Of a stretch of 47,401 bases of DNA, positions 23,395 through 30,319 are shown one piece after another. This stretch comes from a virus. The stretch covers positions 1-47,401 of the IMG/VR virus record IMGVR_UViG_3300037467_000548; one strand, written 5' to 3'. Position numbers and translations under genes: made by a program. Every line of letters starts with the position of its first letter. Positions within the stretch are counted from its first letter, which is position 1. Below the pieces are notes generated by a model. That model had not been told where the DNA came from. It worked only from the letters and a program-made list of their open reading frames with translations, and did no database searches.

Positions 23395-23622
23395 CTATGC
23401 GGCGGGCTTCCTCGCTTCGGCGGTGATCTGCTTGACGCGTTCGCGGTCGAGCCAGACGACGATGCCGAGTTTCGCGGTGCCGTTCAGGTCGATGGGCTGC
23501 TGGGTGCCAAACGTGACCTTGGTGACGCCCTTGTTCATGTTCAGGCTATCGGTGCACTGGTCGAGGAACTGCAGCTCCAGTTTGTCCTCGTCGTAGGCTT
23601 TGAGAAGTTCGATGATGGTCAT
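23395..23622 (-). CDS. Hypothetical protein (75 aa)
   Basis: An internal ATG at 23622 (MTIIELLKAYDED...). Upstream codons of the track ORF are Arg/Ser junk-like. Confidence 0.5.
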   Translation of the reverse strand: MTIIELLKAYDEDKLELQFLDQCTDSLNMNKGVTKVTFGTQQPIDLNGTAKLGIVVWLDRERVKQITAEARKPAA

Positions 23623-23657
23623 GGCGTGTTTCCCTGTCCTGCTGAGGGATGATGGGC

Positions 23658-24032
23658 CTAGGCGGCTAGCTTCAGACCGAGAGCGGCGCGCTCCTCGGGC
23701 GTGAGCTTGGCGAGCCCCTGCTGGCGAAGCGCTTCCTGCTTGCGGTGCTCGGCATCGATCTCGGCCCAAGGATCGTCCACCACGGACCAGCCGAAGCTTT
23801 CCCACCGCTTGGTGTTCGGCCGCCGGCCCTTGAACCAGTCGCCGTCCATGACGAGATTGATCTCGACCCTCTTGAAGGCGGCGCGGTCGGGGGCGTGCTC
23901 CCCAGACAGGCGCTCGATCATCGCGAGGTCTCTCGGCGAAGCGGCCATGGACTCGTCGTGGCGAAGCATGTCAGTCGGGAACGGCCATATGCCGGCTACC
24001 GTGTAGGTCAGTCTTTTGCGTGCGGCTTGCAT
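23658..24032 (-). CDS. Hypothetical protein (124 aa)
   Basis: A clean ORF. Confidence 0.6.
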   Translation of the reverse strand: MQAARKRLTYTVAGIWPFPTDMLRHDESMAASPRDLAMIERLSGEHAPDRAAFKRVEINLVMDGDWFKGRRPNTKRWESFGWSVVDDPWAEIDAEHRKQEALRQQGLAKLTPEERAALGLKLAA

Positions 24033-24057
24033 CTCTCTCTTCCTTTCCCGAGCCAGT

Positions 24058-24342
24058 TCAGTCGGCTTCGCGTGCGCCGGTAGCTATGGAGATGACTGCT
24101 AGAATTTCGTCCGTCGCCGAAAGCATTCCGGCACCACGCAAGCGGTTGGCCGCGTCCTCAAGAGCTTCGAGCAAGTCGGGTGCGGCGGCCATCAAGGCAG
24201 CGTTCGCTTCATGGTCGTTGGCGAGATGGATGGTCGCGATGGGAACAGAGCCCATGCCCTCATCATCGGCCACGATGGCGTGAGGCAGGCCGTTGTGTCG
24301 CGTAACCCGCCAATGGCCCTTGGTGTGCTTGCGCCCTTGCAT
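24058..24342 (-). CDS. Hypothetical protein (94 aa)
   Basis: It contains the EANAALMAAAPDLLEALE motif, which I recall as common in phage hypotheticals. Confidence 0.6.
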   Translation of the reverse strand: MQGRKHTKGHWRVTRHNGLPHAIVADDEGMGSVPIATIHLANDHEANAALMAAAPDLLEALEDAANRLRGAGMLSATDEILAVISIATGAREAD

Positions 24343-24391
24343 CTCTCTTCCCTTCAGTCGAACCGTGTGGGCTCTCTATGGGGGAGTGGTT

Positions 24392-24967
24392 TCAGGCGGC
24401 GACGGCCTGACCTATGTTCAGCGTCTTGATGCGCTCGATGGCTTCGACGGGAAGGGTTGCCGGCAAGTTGCGATTGGCCGCGTTTAGGAAACCCTGCAGA
24501 ACAGCTTGGGCGGCAGGCCAAATTTCCAGCACGTCCTCGACGGTCTGGTAGTTTGCAATCAACGACCCATAGTCTTTGAGAATTTGCTGGCGCTCTTCGT
24601 CGGCCTGCGATTTGCGGAGGTCGTATTCCTCAATCGCCGCAACGCACTTTGCTGACCACGTATAGTTGCGGGATGAACAGTAGCCCTTGGGAACGAGCGG
24701 AGCGTCATCTTTGCGGCAATTGAACCGCAGCTGTTGCCCCGTCTCGCTGTAGCCGATCAGGCACACGTCAGGCTGCGCCATCTCATATTTGGCGAACACA
24801 GCCATGTCGGCTTCGGGGTACTTCTTGCGAACAGCCGCAATGACCAGCGGCAGCGCCTTGCCGTACGCTTTGTCGGCTTGATCGCCGTAGGTGGTAGAGC
24901 GGACGTGTTCACTTGCGAAGCTGGTGAGAGTTTCGCGAATTTCCTTGTTGAGCCGTAGCTTTGCCAT
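24392..24967 (-). CDS. First gene of the leftward early operon, hypothetical (191 aa)
   Basis: AGGAGA RBS with ATG 24967 (MAKLRLNKEIRE...). The track ORF upstream of this is hydrophobic junk that overlaps the promoter. Confidence 0.6.
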   Translation of the reverse strand: MAKLRLNKEIRETLTSFASEHVRSTTYGDQADKAYGKALPLVIAAVRKKYPEADMAVFAKYEMAQPDVCLIGYSETGQQLRFNCRKDDAPLVPKGYCSSRNYTWSAKCVAAIEEYDLRKSQADEERQQILKDYGSLIANYQTVEDVLEIWPAAQAVLQGFLNAANRNLPATLPVEAIERIKTLNIGQAVAA

Positions 24968-25031
24968 GGTGCGTCTCGTTCTCCTGTTGTTGACCAGATC
25001 GGCGCGGGGCGCTGTGTGGTCTGTTGAGGAG

Positions 25032-25060
25032 AATGTAGGGAATTTCCTATCGACGGTCAA
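25032..25060 (-). promoter_or_regulatory. PL-like promoter: TTGACC-N17-TACATT
   Basis: The -35 is at 25060-25055 and the -10 at 25037-32, read on the minus strand. The operator 15-mer fills the spacer. Confidence 0.6.
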
Positions 25061-25097
25061 TAGGGAAAAACCTACTACTAAGAAATTTCTTATCGAC
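25036..25097. promoter_or_regulatory. OL operator cluster: TAGGGAATTTCCTAT, CCTAT-N9-ATAGG, TAGGGAAAAACCTA, AGAAATTTCT
   Basis: The 15-mer at 25036-25050 is identical to 26590-26604. Confidence 0.65.
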
Positions 25098-25100
25098 AAG

Positions 25101-25130
25101 ACAAAAAGAAAGCCCGCACGCAGGTCGGGC
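25101..25130 (-). terminator. Intrinsic terminator ending the repressor-side operon
   Basis: On the minus strand, GCCCG-acctgcgtg-CGGGC is followed by TTTCTTTTTGT. Confidence 0.6.
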
Positions 25131-25155
25131 CGGTTAGGCAAAAAGGAAGACGCTC

Positions 25156-25560
25156 CTACTTGTCTTCCTTCTTCCCGTTAAATGCCCAAACCACCGAGGC
25201 GATGGTGCCGGCCCCAAGGATCGCGCCGACCCACTCAGCGCCTATCCATGCGCACCAAGCAGAAAAGCCGAGGGCGGCGAGCACAAAGATCAGAGCGCAT
25301 ATCTTGCCGAAAATAGAGTCAGCATAGAAAAGCTTCTGCTCTCGCCTGTCGATGAGGCGGCGGTGCTCGCTCTCCAATTCCCATGCCTTAACAATGCGCT
25401 CTGCGCCGTTGGGAACGACCTGGTTGAACCGCTCTAGTACCTCCGGCGGCGGGAGAGGCGCTTTCCAGCTATGCGTCTGAAGCGATATCTGGTGGTGATG
25501 GTTTTGTTGGGGAGGGTTATTCGGCTGCTGGGGGCGCTTTACGGGCGGCGGCTTTTTCAT
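25156..25560 (-). CDS. DUF2335-like membrane protein (134 aa)
   Basis: PLPPPEVLERFNQVVPNGAERIV...SEHRR is followed by two C-terminal transmembrane segments (ICALIFVLAALGFSAWCAWIG, VGAILGAGTIASVVWAF). Confidence 0.7.
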   Translation of the reverse strand: MKKPPPVKRPQQPNNPPQQNHHHQISLQTHSWKAPLPPPEVLERFNQVVPNGAERIVKAWELESEHRRLIDRREQKLFYADSIFGKICALIFVLAALGFSAWCAWIGAEWVGAILGAGTIASVVWAFNGKKEDK

Positions 25561-25753
25561 TGGCCGTCTCCCGCTCGATCACCCGATACATGTCCGCGCC
25601 GATCTTCTCCATGTCGCTGCGAAGCGCATCTATGGCCTCTATCTGACTGTAGCGCCGCGGATGACTCGTGCCCACGTCCAGCAACGAGGAGAGTCCGCGC
25701 ACAAAAGAGTTGCGGGCCATGTAGCGCATTTGGCGTTTCATAGCTTTCACCAT
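25517..25753 (-). CDS. Small hypothetical protein (78 aa), partner of the DUF2335 gene
   Basis: The ORF overlaps the next gene by 44 nt. Its ATG lies 6 nt downstream of a -10-like hexamer. Confidence 0.6.
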   Translation of the reverse strand: MVKAMKRQMRYMARNSFVRGLSSLLDVGTSHPRRYSQIEAIDALRSDMEKIGADMYRVIERETANEKAAARKAPPAAE

Positions 25754-25759
25754 GCCTCA

Positions 25760-25788
25760 AGGATATGTCCCCCGAACGTAAAAATCAA
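25760..25788 (-). promoter_or_regulatory. Candidate promoter TTGATT-N17-TATCCT, 6 nt before ATG 25753 (leaderless transcript predicted)
   Basis: Read on the minus strand. It has the same -35 hexamer and the same -10-to-ATG spacing as the PR candidate. Confidence 0.5.
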
Positions 25789-25811
25789 ATGAACGTTCCG
25801 TAAACCTTCTG

Positions 25812-26531
25812 TCACCCTCGCCACTGGAACCAAGCCACGACGCGCCCATAAACACGAACGTCTTCCCGCCGCAGTTCGTAGTTCGAATAACGGGGGTTGT
25901 CGGACATCACCATGATCTTGTCGGTCCTAGGGACCATCTGCAGCCGCTTGATCGTAAGCCCGTCCCCATAGTCGCAAGCGTAGATGTCTTCAGGCGAGGG
26001 GACGTTATGTGTCATGTCCACAAAAACGTAGGAGCCTGATGTCAGGGTTGGCTCCATGCTGTCACCCTCTACCGGCAGAGAGTACACTTGGGGCATATTG
26101 CGCCAGCCGGCCTTTACCGCCGGGGGGAATGACCAGAAGCCCGAAACGTGATCCGCATAGATCTGGCCGCCTTCGGATACCTCGACGCCTTCGGGGCTTC
26201 CGAGCCCGAGCCCGCCACGAATATTTAGATTTGCGACGTCGCCCGACCCGGTTACAGGAACCGTAACCGGGTCGCTATCGTCGACTGCTTCCTCCGGCGG
26301 GGCGTCAGGGTCGAAACTGTCAACCAGTCGGCCGCGTCCGCCTTCGCGCTGCTCAAGAATTTTTGTGATGGTAGCTACGTGGCGCTCAAGAAGCTCTTGC
26401 GGCGAACCTCGTGTAACGAACTGCTGAACATAGGCATGATTCTTACCGATCGCTTCCGAAAGCTCTTTATATTCAACGAGCTTTGCGTCGACCGCGCGCT
26501 TTATCCGCTTCCGCAATTCATCCATCGACAT
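25812..26531 (-). CDS. CI-like repressor (N-terminal HTH + S24 LexA-type autopeptidase)
   Basis: The HTH is LSEAIGKNHAYVQQFV and the peptidase motif is VEGDSMEPTL ... TIKRL. The start is ATG 26531, with TTG 26567 as an alternative. Confidence 0.85.
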   Translation of the reverse strand: MSMDELRKRIKRAVDAKLVEYKELSEAIGKNHAYVQQFVTRGSPQELLERHVATITKILEQREGGRGRLVDSFDPDAPPEEAVDDSDPVTVPVTGSGDVANLNIRGGLGLGSPEGVEVSEGGQIYADHVSGFWSFPPAVKAGWRNMPQVYSLPVEGDSMEPTLTSGSYVFVDMTHNVPSPEDIYACDYGDGLTIKRLQMVPRTDKIMVMSDNPRYSNYELRREDVRVYGRVVAWFQWRG

Positions 26532-26550
26532 TCGGTCTGCATCACAAATT

Positions 26551-26616
26551 CCTATCCTATCGTCCAATAGGATTTTGCCTCTTGATTGGTAGGGAATTTC
26601 CTATTATAAATAGGGA
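26551..26616. promoter_or_regulatory. OR operator cluster: CCTAT-N6-ATAGG (26556-71), TAGGGAATTTCCTAT (26590-604), CCTAT-N5-ATAGG (26600-14)
   Basis: These lie in the divergent repressor/cro intergenic region and share half-sites with OL. Confidence 0.7.
26582..26610 (+). promoter_or_regulatory. PR-like promoter TTGATT-N17-TATAAA, 6 nt before ATG 26617 (leaderless cro-like mRNA predicted)
   Basis: Hexamers and spacing were read directly. The operator 15-mer occupies the spacer. Confidence 0.6.
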
Positions 26617-26808
26617 ATGACCGACCTTGAACGCTTCCGAGATGCTGTCGAAAAATTCATAGCCGCGAAGGGCATTTCGCCTACGCGCTTCGGAAAGGAT
26701 TTCGCTGGCGACCCACTGTTCGTCTTCGAGCTTCGCAAGGGCAGGGAGCCCCGCTCGGATACCCGAGCACGTGTTCTGGCTGGCATCACCTCGGAGAAGG
26801 CCGCATGA
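26617..26808 (+). CDS. Cro-like / early regulator (63 aa)
   Basis: It is the first rightward gene, divergent from the repressor. No RBS is possible if the promoter call is right. Confidence 0.6.
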   Translation: MTDLERFRDAVEKFIAAKGISPTRFGKDFAGDPLFVFELRKGREPRSDTRARVLAGITSEKAA

Positions 26809-27395
26809 CCGACGCCGTGGCCGACGACATCCTTCGCTCGTTCTTCGAGCGCTGGCAGCGCCTTGAGGAGGAGAAGAAAACCCTCTCCGACGATCTCAAG
26901 GAATTGTTCGCCGAAGCGAAGGCCATGGGCTTTGACACCAAGGCCATGCGTGCGGTGTTCCGTGAGCAGGTCGGCGACAAGGCTGCGGCCGAAGAGTTCG
27001 ACGCGATCTGCGACCTTTACCGGAGCAGCCTCACAGGCGCGCGACCCGCGCGTACGCGTGAGGACAACGAGATCGGGAGCCGCGCTGAGACCCACAACAG
27101 CCATCATGTAGGGCGCGCACCCAGCGCACAGCGTCAAGGGGCGGTGGCTGCCCAGGCTCCCGATACAATTCCGCAACCGACATTCCCCCCGGACGCGGAT
27201 AAGGCAGGGACGGAACCTCCTCTCTCCGCTCCTGCCACCAATTCCGCGATGCAGGCGCGCACCACGCCAGAAATTATCCGCCTGCTCCGTCCTCACTGCC
27301 TCCATATCGATGATCTCGCCAAATGCGGTGGGCAGGGAACTAGGCATTGCCAGGCATGTCTCAAAGCCGCCGAACAGATCGAAGCGGCGACATGA
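26805..27395 (+). CDS. GapR/DUF2312-like DNA-binding domain fused to a 115-aa Cys-containing extension
   Basis: LRSFFERWQRLEEEKKTLSDDLKELFAEAKAMGFDTKAMR...DAICDLY matches GapR as I recall it. The C-terminus carries HCLH..C..HCQAC. Confidence 0.75.
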   Translation: MTDAVADDILRSFFERWQRLEEEKKTLSDDLKELFAEAKAMGFDTKAMRAVFREQVGDKAAAEEFDAICDLYRSSLTGARPARTREDNEIGSRAETHNSHHVGRAPSAQRQGAVAAQAPDTIPQPTFPPDADKAGTEPPLSAPATNSAMQARTTPEIIRLLRPHCLHIDDLAKCGGQGTRHCQACLKAAEQIEAAT

Positions 27396-27403
27396 TGCAG
27401 ACT

Positions 27404-27784
27404 TCACCCCAAACCGTCGCGCACGTTCCGTGCTGTGGGTCCCTCAGCATTGACCGTGAACCCGTCGCTATTCGAACCTGCGCACGGCGCTGGCGGGCGC
27501 ATAGCAACATCACAAAACGCACAACCCCGCCAGCTACCCGATCCGCCAGCCACATCCTCCCGGCCGGCGGTAAGCTGCGGACGGCGATCGAGCGGACCCC
27601 AACCCTTAGCGCTCTCGCCGTCCGCCCTTTTATCAGTCGGGGACTGCGACTGATCTGCAATTTCTGCCGGCGTCTGGCCGGCTCGTCGTTTAACCCGCGC
27701 GTCAAGTTCTGCCAGGAGCCGGCGCGCAGCATCTTCCATACTCTCTTCTTCCCGCCAGTCCTTTCGCTTGTGCCTGTTTTCCAT
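27404..27784 (-). CDS. Possible antisense-oriented gene (126 aa) inside the rightward operon
   Basis: MENRHKRKDWREEESMEDAARRLLAELDARVKRR... has purine-rich first codon positions. The competing + ORF has an odd Arg/Cys/Ser/Pro composition. This is unresolved. Confidence 0.35.
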   Translation of the reverse strand: MENRHKRKDWREEESMEDAARRLLAELDARVKRRAGQTPAEIADQSQSPTDKRADGESAKGWGPLDRRPQLTAGREDVAGGSGSWRGCAFCDVAMRPPAPCAGSNSDGFTVNAEGPTARNVRDGLG

Positions 27785-27813
27785 GCCAACCAACATGGAG
27801 CATCGGGCCTGAA

Positions 27814-28182
27814 ATGTCTGACAACGCCAATGAAAGATTTGACAAAATGAGTGTCGAGTATGTCAACGAATCCAAGAGGATGGCCGACTACATTCTACAC
27901 CGGGTCCATCGTGGTCCCGGTGACACGGTGGACGCTGCGATGCACCGGGCCGAGCGCCTTTATGGCGTGCCGGCGGCTTGGCTCCACAGGCTCAGATATC
28001 GCGAAATAAAAGACATGCCGATGTCCGCCTTCGCGGCACTTGCGCATGCATATCAGGCGGCAAGCAACGCGGCTGAAAATGCCTATGGCGCCGAGAGGAA
28101 ACTAGCCGATGCGCGCAATTCGAAACTTATTCGCCTGGCTGATTTTGTGGCTGGAGCGAAAGTTGAGGGGAACGGAGGATAG
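27814..28182 (+). CDS. Hypothetical protein (122 aa)
   Basis: A clean ORF. Confidence 0.6.
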   Translation: MSDNANERFDKMSVEYVNESKRMADYILHRVHRGPGDTVDAAMHRAERLYGVPAAWLHRLRYREIKDMPMSAFAALAHAYQAASNAAENAYGAERKLADARNSKLIRLADFVAGAKVEGNGG

Positions 28183-28185
28183 CCA

Positions 28186-28362
28186 GTGAACGCCCCGGTT
28201 GATCACTCGCGACTCCCAGAACCCTGGGCAGAAGAAGAGCCGGTCCAGCAAATCCCGCGTCTGCTCTTCGCTCTCTGCTGGATAGGCATTGCGCTCATAG
28301 GCATAGCCAGCATCTACGGCATCTATCACTGCCTGAGTATGGCATGGAGCGCGATCCCCTGA
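28186..28362 (+). CDS. Small membrane protein (58 aa, GTG start)
   Basis: A GGAGGA RBS lies 6 nt before the GTG. The transmembrane segment is LLFALCWIGIALIGIASIYGIY. It is below the track cutoff. Confidence 0.5.
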   Translation: MNAPVDHSRLPEPWAEEEPVQQIPRLLFALCWIGIALIGIASIYGIYHCLSMAWSAIP

Positions 28363-28736
28363 TGGCGGCTCGTCTATCTAACTCGGAAGCCCGCGCGATC
28401 GGCATCAAAGCGCCGAAGTCGAATAAGTATGGCGCCAAGAAAACCGTGCTGGATGGCATCAGCTTTGACAGTCAGGCCGAAGCTAAGCGCTATGCGAAAC
28501 TCAAGCAGCAGGAGCGTTGCGGCGCCATCTACAATCTACGCTGCCAGACCTGGTACGAGCTGAAGGCTGCCAACGGTGCCGTAGCCTGCCGCTATCGAGC
28601 GGACTTCGACTATTTCGACACCAGCACAGGCGAGCCAGTCACAGAGGACGTGAAGGGCGTTCTGACGCGCGATTTTAAGCTCAAGGCTAAGTTCTTCAAG
28701 GAACAGTTCGGCCGCGAAATTCGGGTGGTCAAATGA
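28362..28736 (+). CDS. DUF1064-like protein (possible PD-(D/E)XK nuclease/resolvase-like)
   Basis: NKYGAKKTVLDGISFDSQAEAKRY..L...E....DVKG. The ATG overlaps the upstream TGA. Confidence 0.6.
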   Translation: MAARLSNSEARAIGIKAPKSNKYGAKKTVLDGISFDSQAEAKRYAKLKQQERCGAIYNLRCQTWYELKAANGAVACRYRADFDYFDTSTGEPVTEDVKGVLTRDFKLKAKFFKEQFGREIRVVK

Positions 28737-28954
28737 GCGACCGCATCCCGTCTCTGGATATGGCTGCTGAACTGGATCTGATGATCTACGGCAAAGCTAC
28801 ATGGCTAGCCGACTTCGGGCAGGGATCGAAGAAGCGTCCCGATCACGAGGTTGATCAGAAGCGCCGTGAACTGACCGTACTGAAGCAGGCTGCATTCGAA
28901 TATCGAGCATCGGCCGAGAGGCTTCGCCAGATGCAGGAGGCTGGCGAGGCATGA
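28733..28954 (+). CDS. Hypothetical protein (73 aa)
   Basis: Coupled ORF with ATGA overlaps. Confidence 0.55.
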   Translation: MSDRIPSLDMAAELDLMIYGKATWLADFGQGSKKRPDHEVDQKRRELTVLKQAAFEYRASAERLRQMQEAGEA

Positions 28955-29481
28955 GCGGAATCGTTTGGTCAAAGTTTTATTGGTCTGATTGGGACACCGA
29001 TCCGGCCGTCCGTCTTTGCTCCATGTCGGCGCAAGGACTTTGGATGCGTATGCTCTGCATTGCGGCAGCACACGACCCAATCGGCTACGTCGCGGTAGCA
29101 GGCAAGGGCCTTGATGAAACCTCACTCGCTCGTTTGACCGGGTGTCTGGAATCCGAGGTTGCTTCCCTGCTAGGCGAGCTAGAGCGAAACGGCGTGTTCT
29201 CCCGTGATCGGCACGGACGCATCTATTCGAGACGAATGGTCAAGGACGCAAAGAAGTCCGCGATTGCTCGGAAAAACGGAAAGAACGGGGGCAACCCAAG
29301 TCTTTCAAATCATGACGAAAATTCCGCGTCGGATAAGGGTTGGGTTAAGCCTACCCTTAAGCCCCATAAGCCAGAAGCCAGAAGCCAGAACGAAAAACCA
29401 AAAGGTTTTTCTAGGCGCGCTAGCGCGCGAAAAAAATCTCCGATCGATGAATTGAAGGAGGCGTTCGAAAATGCCGAGTGA
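28951..29481 (+). CDS. DUF1376-like replication (replisome organiser-type) protein
   Basis: FYWSDWDTDPAVRLCSMSAQGLWMRMLCIAA, with a Lys-rich low-complexity tail. Confidence 0.65.
   Translation: MSGIVWSKFYWSDWDTDPAVRLCSMSAQGLWMRMLCIAAAHDPIGYVAVAGKGLDETSLARLTGCLESEVASLLGELERNGVFSRDRHGRIYSRRMVKDAKKSAIARKNGKNGGNPSLSNHDENSASDKGWVKPTLKPHKPEARSQNEKPKGFSRRASARKKSPIDELKEAFENAE
29334..29436. repeat. Repeat/palindrome cluster inside the DUF1376 gene 3' end (origin candidate)
   Basis: TAAGGGT/ACCCTTA inverted repeat; AAGCCAG x3 perfect tandem (29368-88); GAAAAACC-AAAA-GGTTTTTC (29392-411); 14-bp palindrome GCGCGCTAGCGCGC (29415-28); A7 run. Confidence 0.4.
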
Positions 29482-30100
29482 AGTCATTTCGACCGGTGCC
29501 AAGCTTCCCGAGCGGTATCGCATTCGAGGCGAAGAGATCAGAACCCGCGTCGATGCGATCACCGGGCTACTTGCTCCCTGCAAGGTCGATGCGATCAGGG
29601 ACGCAGTTATCCGCCTCAGGAGCCAGTTTCGTCCACAACCAGACACAGACGCTGAAGCGCTCGCCACCGGCTACGTCGGAGCTTGCCGCGATTTGCCGGA
29701 ATGGTCGCTGAGCGAGGCCGCGAACGACTTCCTTGCGGGGCGGGTCGATGGCCATACCGGGCAGTTCATGCCGACATGCGCAGAGTTCGCCAAGCGTGCC
29801 AGGTGGATCATTACGCCGTTCATGGCTGAACTGTCATCGTTGCGCGTCGAAGCTTCGAAGCTTGTCGAGCGAGCGGCCGATGATCAGCGGCGTCACGTCA
29901 TCGAGGTGGAGCGGCAAAGCCCAGCAGTGCGGCGTCGCGTTGCCGATCTGGCAAGCGCGTTTTCGGCTGGCTCCGCCAAGCCTCAGGGCGCCGCTCATCA
30001 GGGTCTTAGCAATGAGCGGCAGGCCAGGATCGATGCTTTCAAGAAGCCGCGCCAGTTCGTTTCCAAGATCGGCCACGAACAGCAGAAGCGGGAGGGGTGA
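29471..30100 (+). CDS. Hypothetical replication-module protein (209 aa)
   Basis: A clean ORF overlapping the upstream gene end. Confidence 0.6.
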   Translation: MPSEVISTGAKLPERYRIRGEEIRTRVDAITGLLAPCKVDAIRDAVIRLRSQFRPQPDTDAEALATGYVGACRDLPEWSLSEAANDFLAGRVDGHTGQFMPTCAEFAKRARWIITPFMAELSSLRVEASKLVERAADDQRRHVIEVERQSPAVRRRVADLASAFSAGSAKPQGAAHQGLSNERQARIDAFKKPRQFVSKIGHEQQKREG

Positions 30101-30316
30101 ATGGGCCTCGTTGCTTATGCCGGAAGGGAATCCAGCCCGGAAGGTGATCGCGGATCGGAAAAGCGGGAAAGAGCATATCGCCTATTCAATCGCGGCAGAG
30201 ACACCCTGGAAATCGCCGACATCATGAACATCAGGGAGAGCACGGCGCTTCGCTACATCAACATAGCCAGATCCCGGGAGCGCGGTTTGCCCGATCCCTA
30301 TGAGCGTAAGGAGTAG
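30101..30316 (+). CDS. Small HTH protein (sigma region 4 / LuxR-like), 71 aa
   Basis: DTLEIADIMNIRESTALRYINIARSRE. Confidence 0.5.
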   Translation: MGLVAYAGRESSPEGDRGSEKRERAYRLFNRGRDTLEIADIMNIRESTALRYINIARSRERGLPDPYERKE

Positions 30317-30319
30317 CAG

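Noticed and set aside
27347-27850. A 167-aa plus-strand ORF spanning the gap after the GapR-like gene.
   Set aside because: It is not called as a feature. Its composition is Arg/Cys/Ser/Pro-rich and its first codon positions are pyrimidine-rich. It remains a live alternative (see the finding on this segment).
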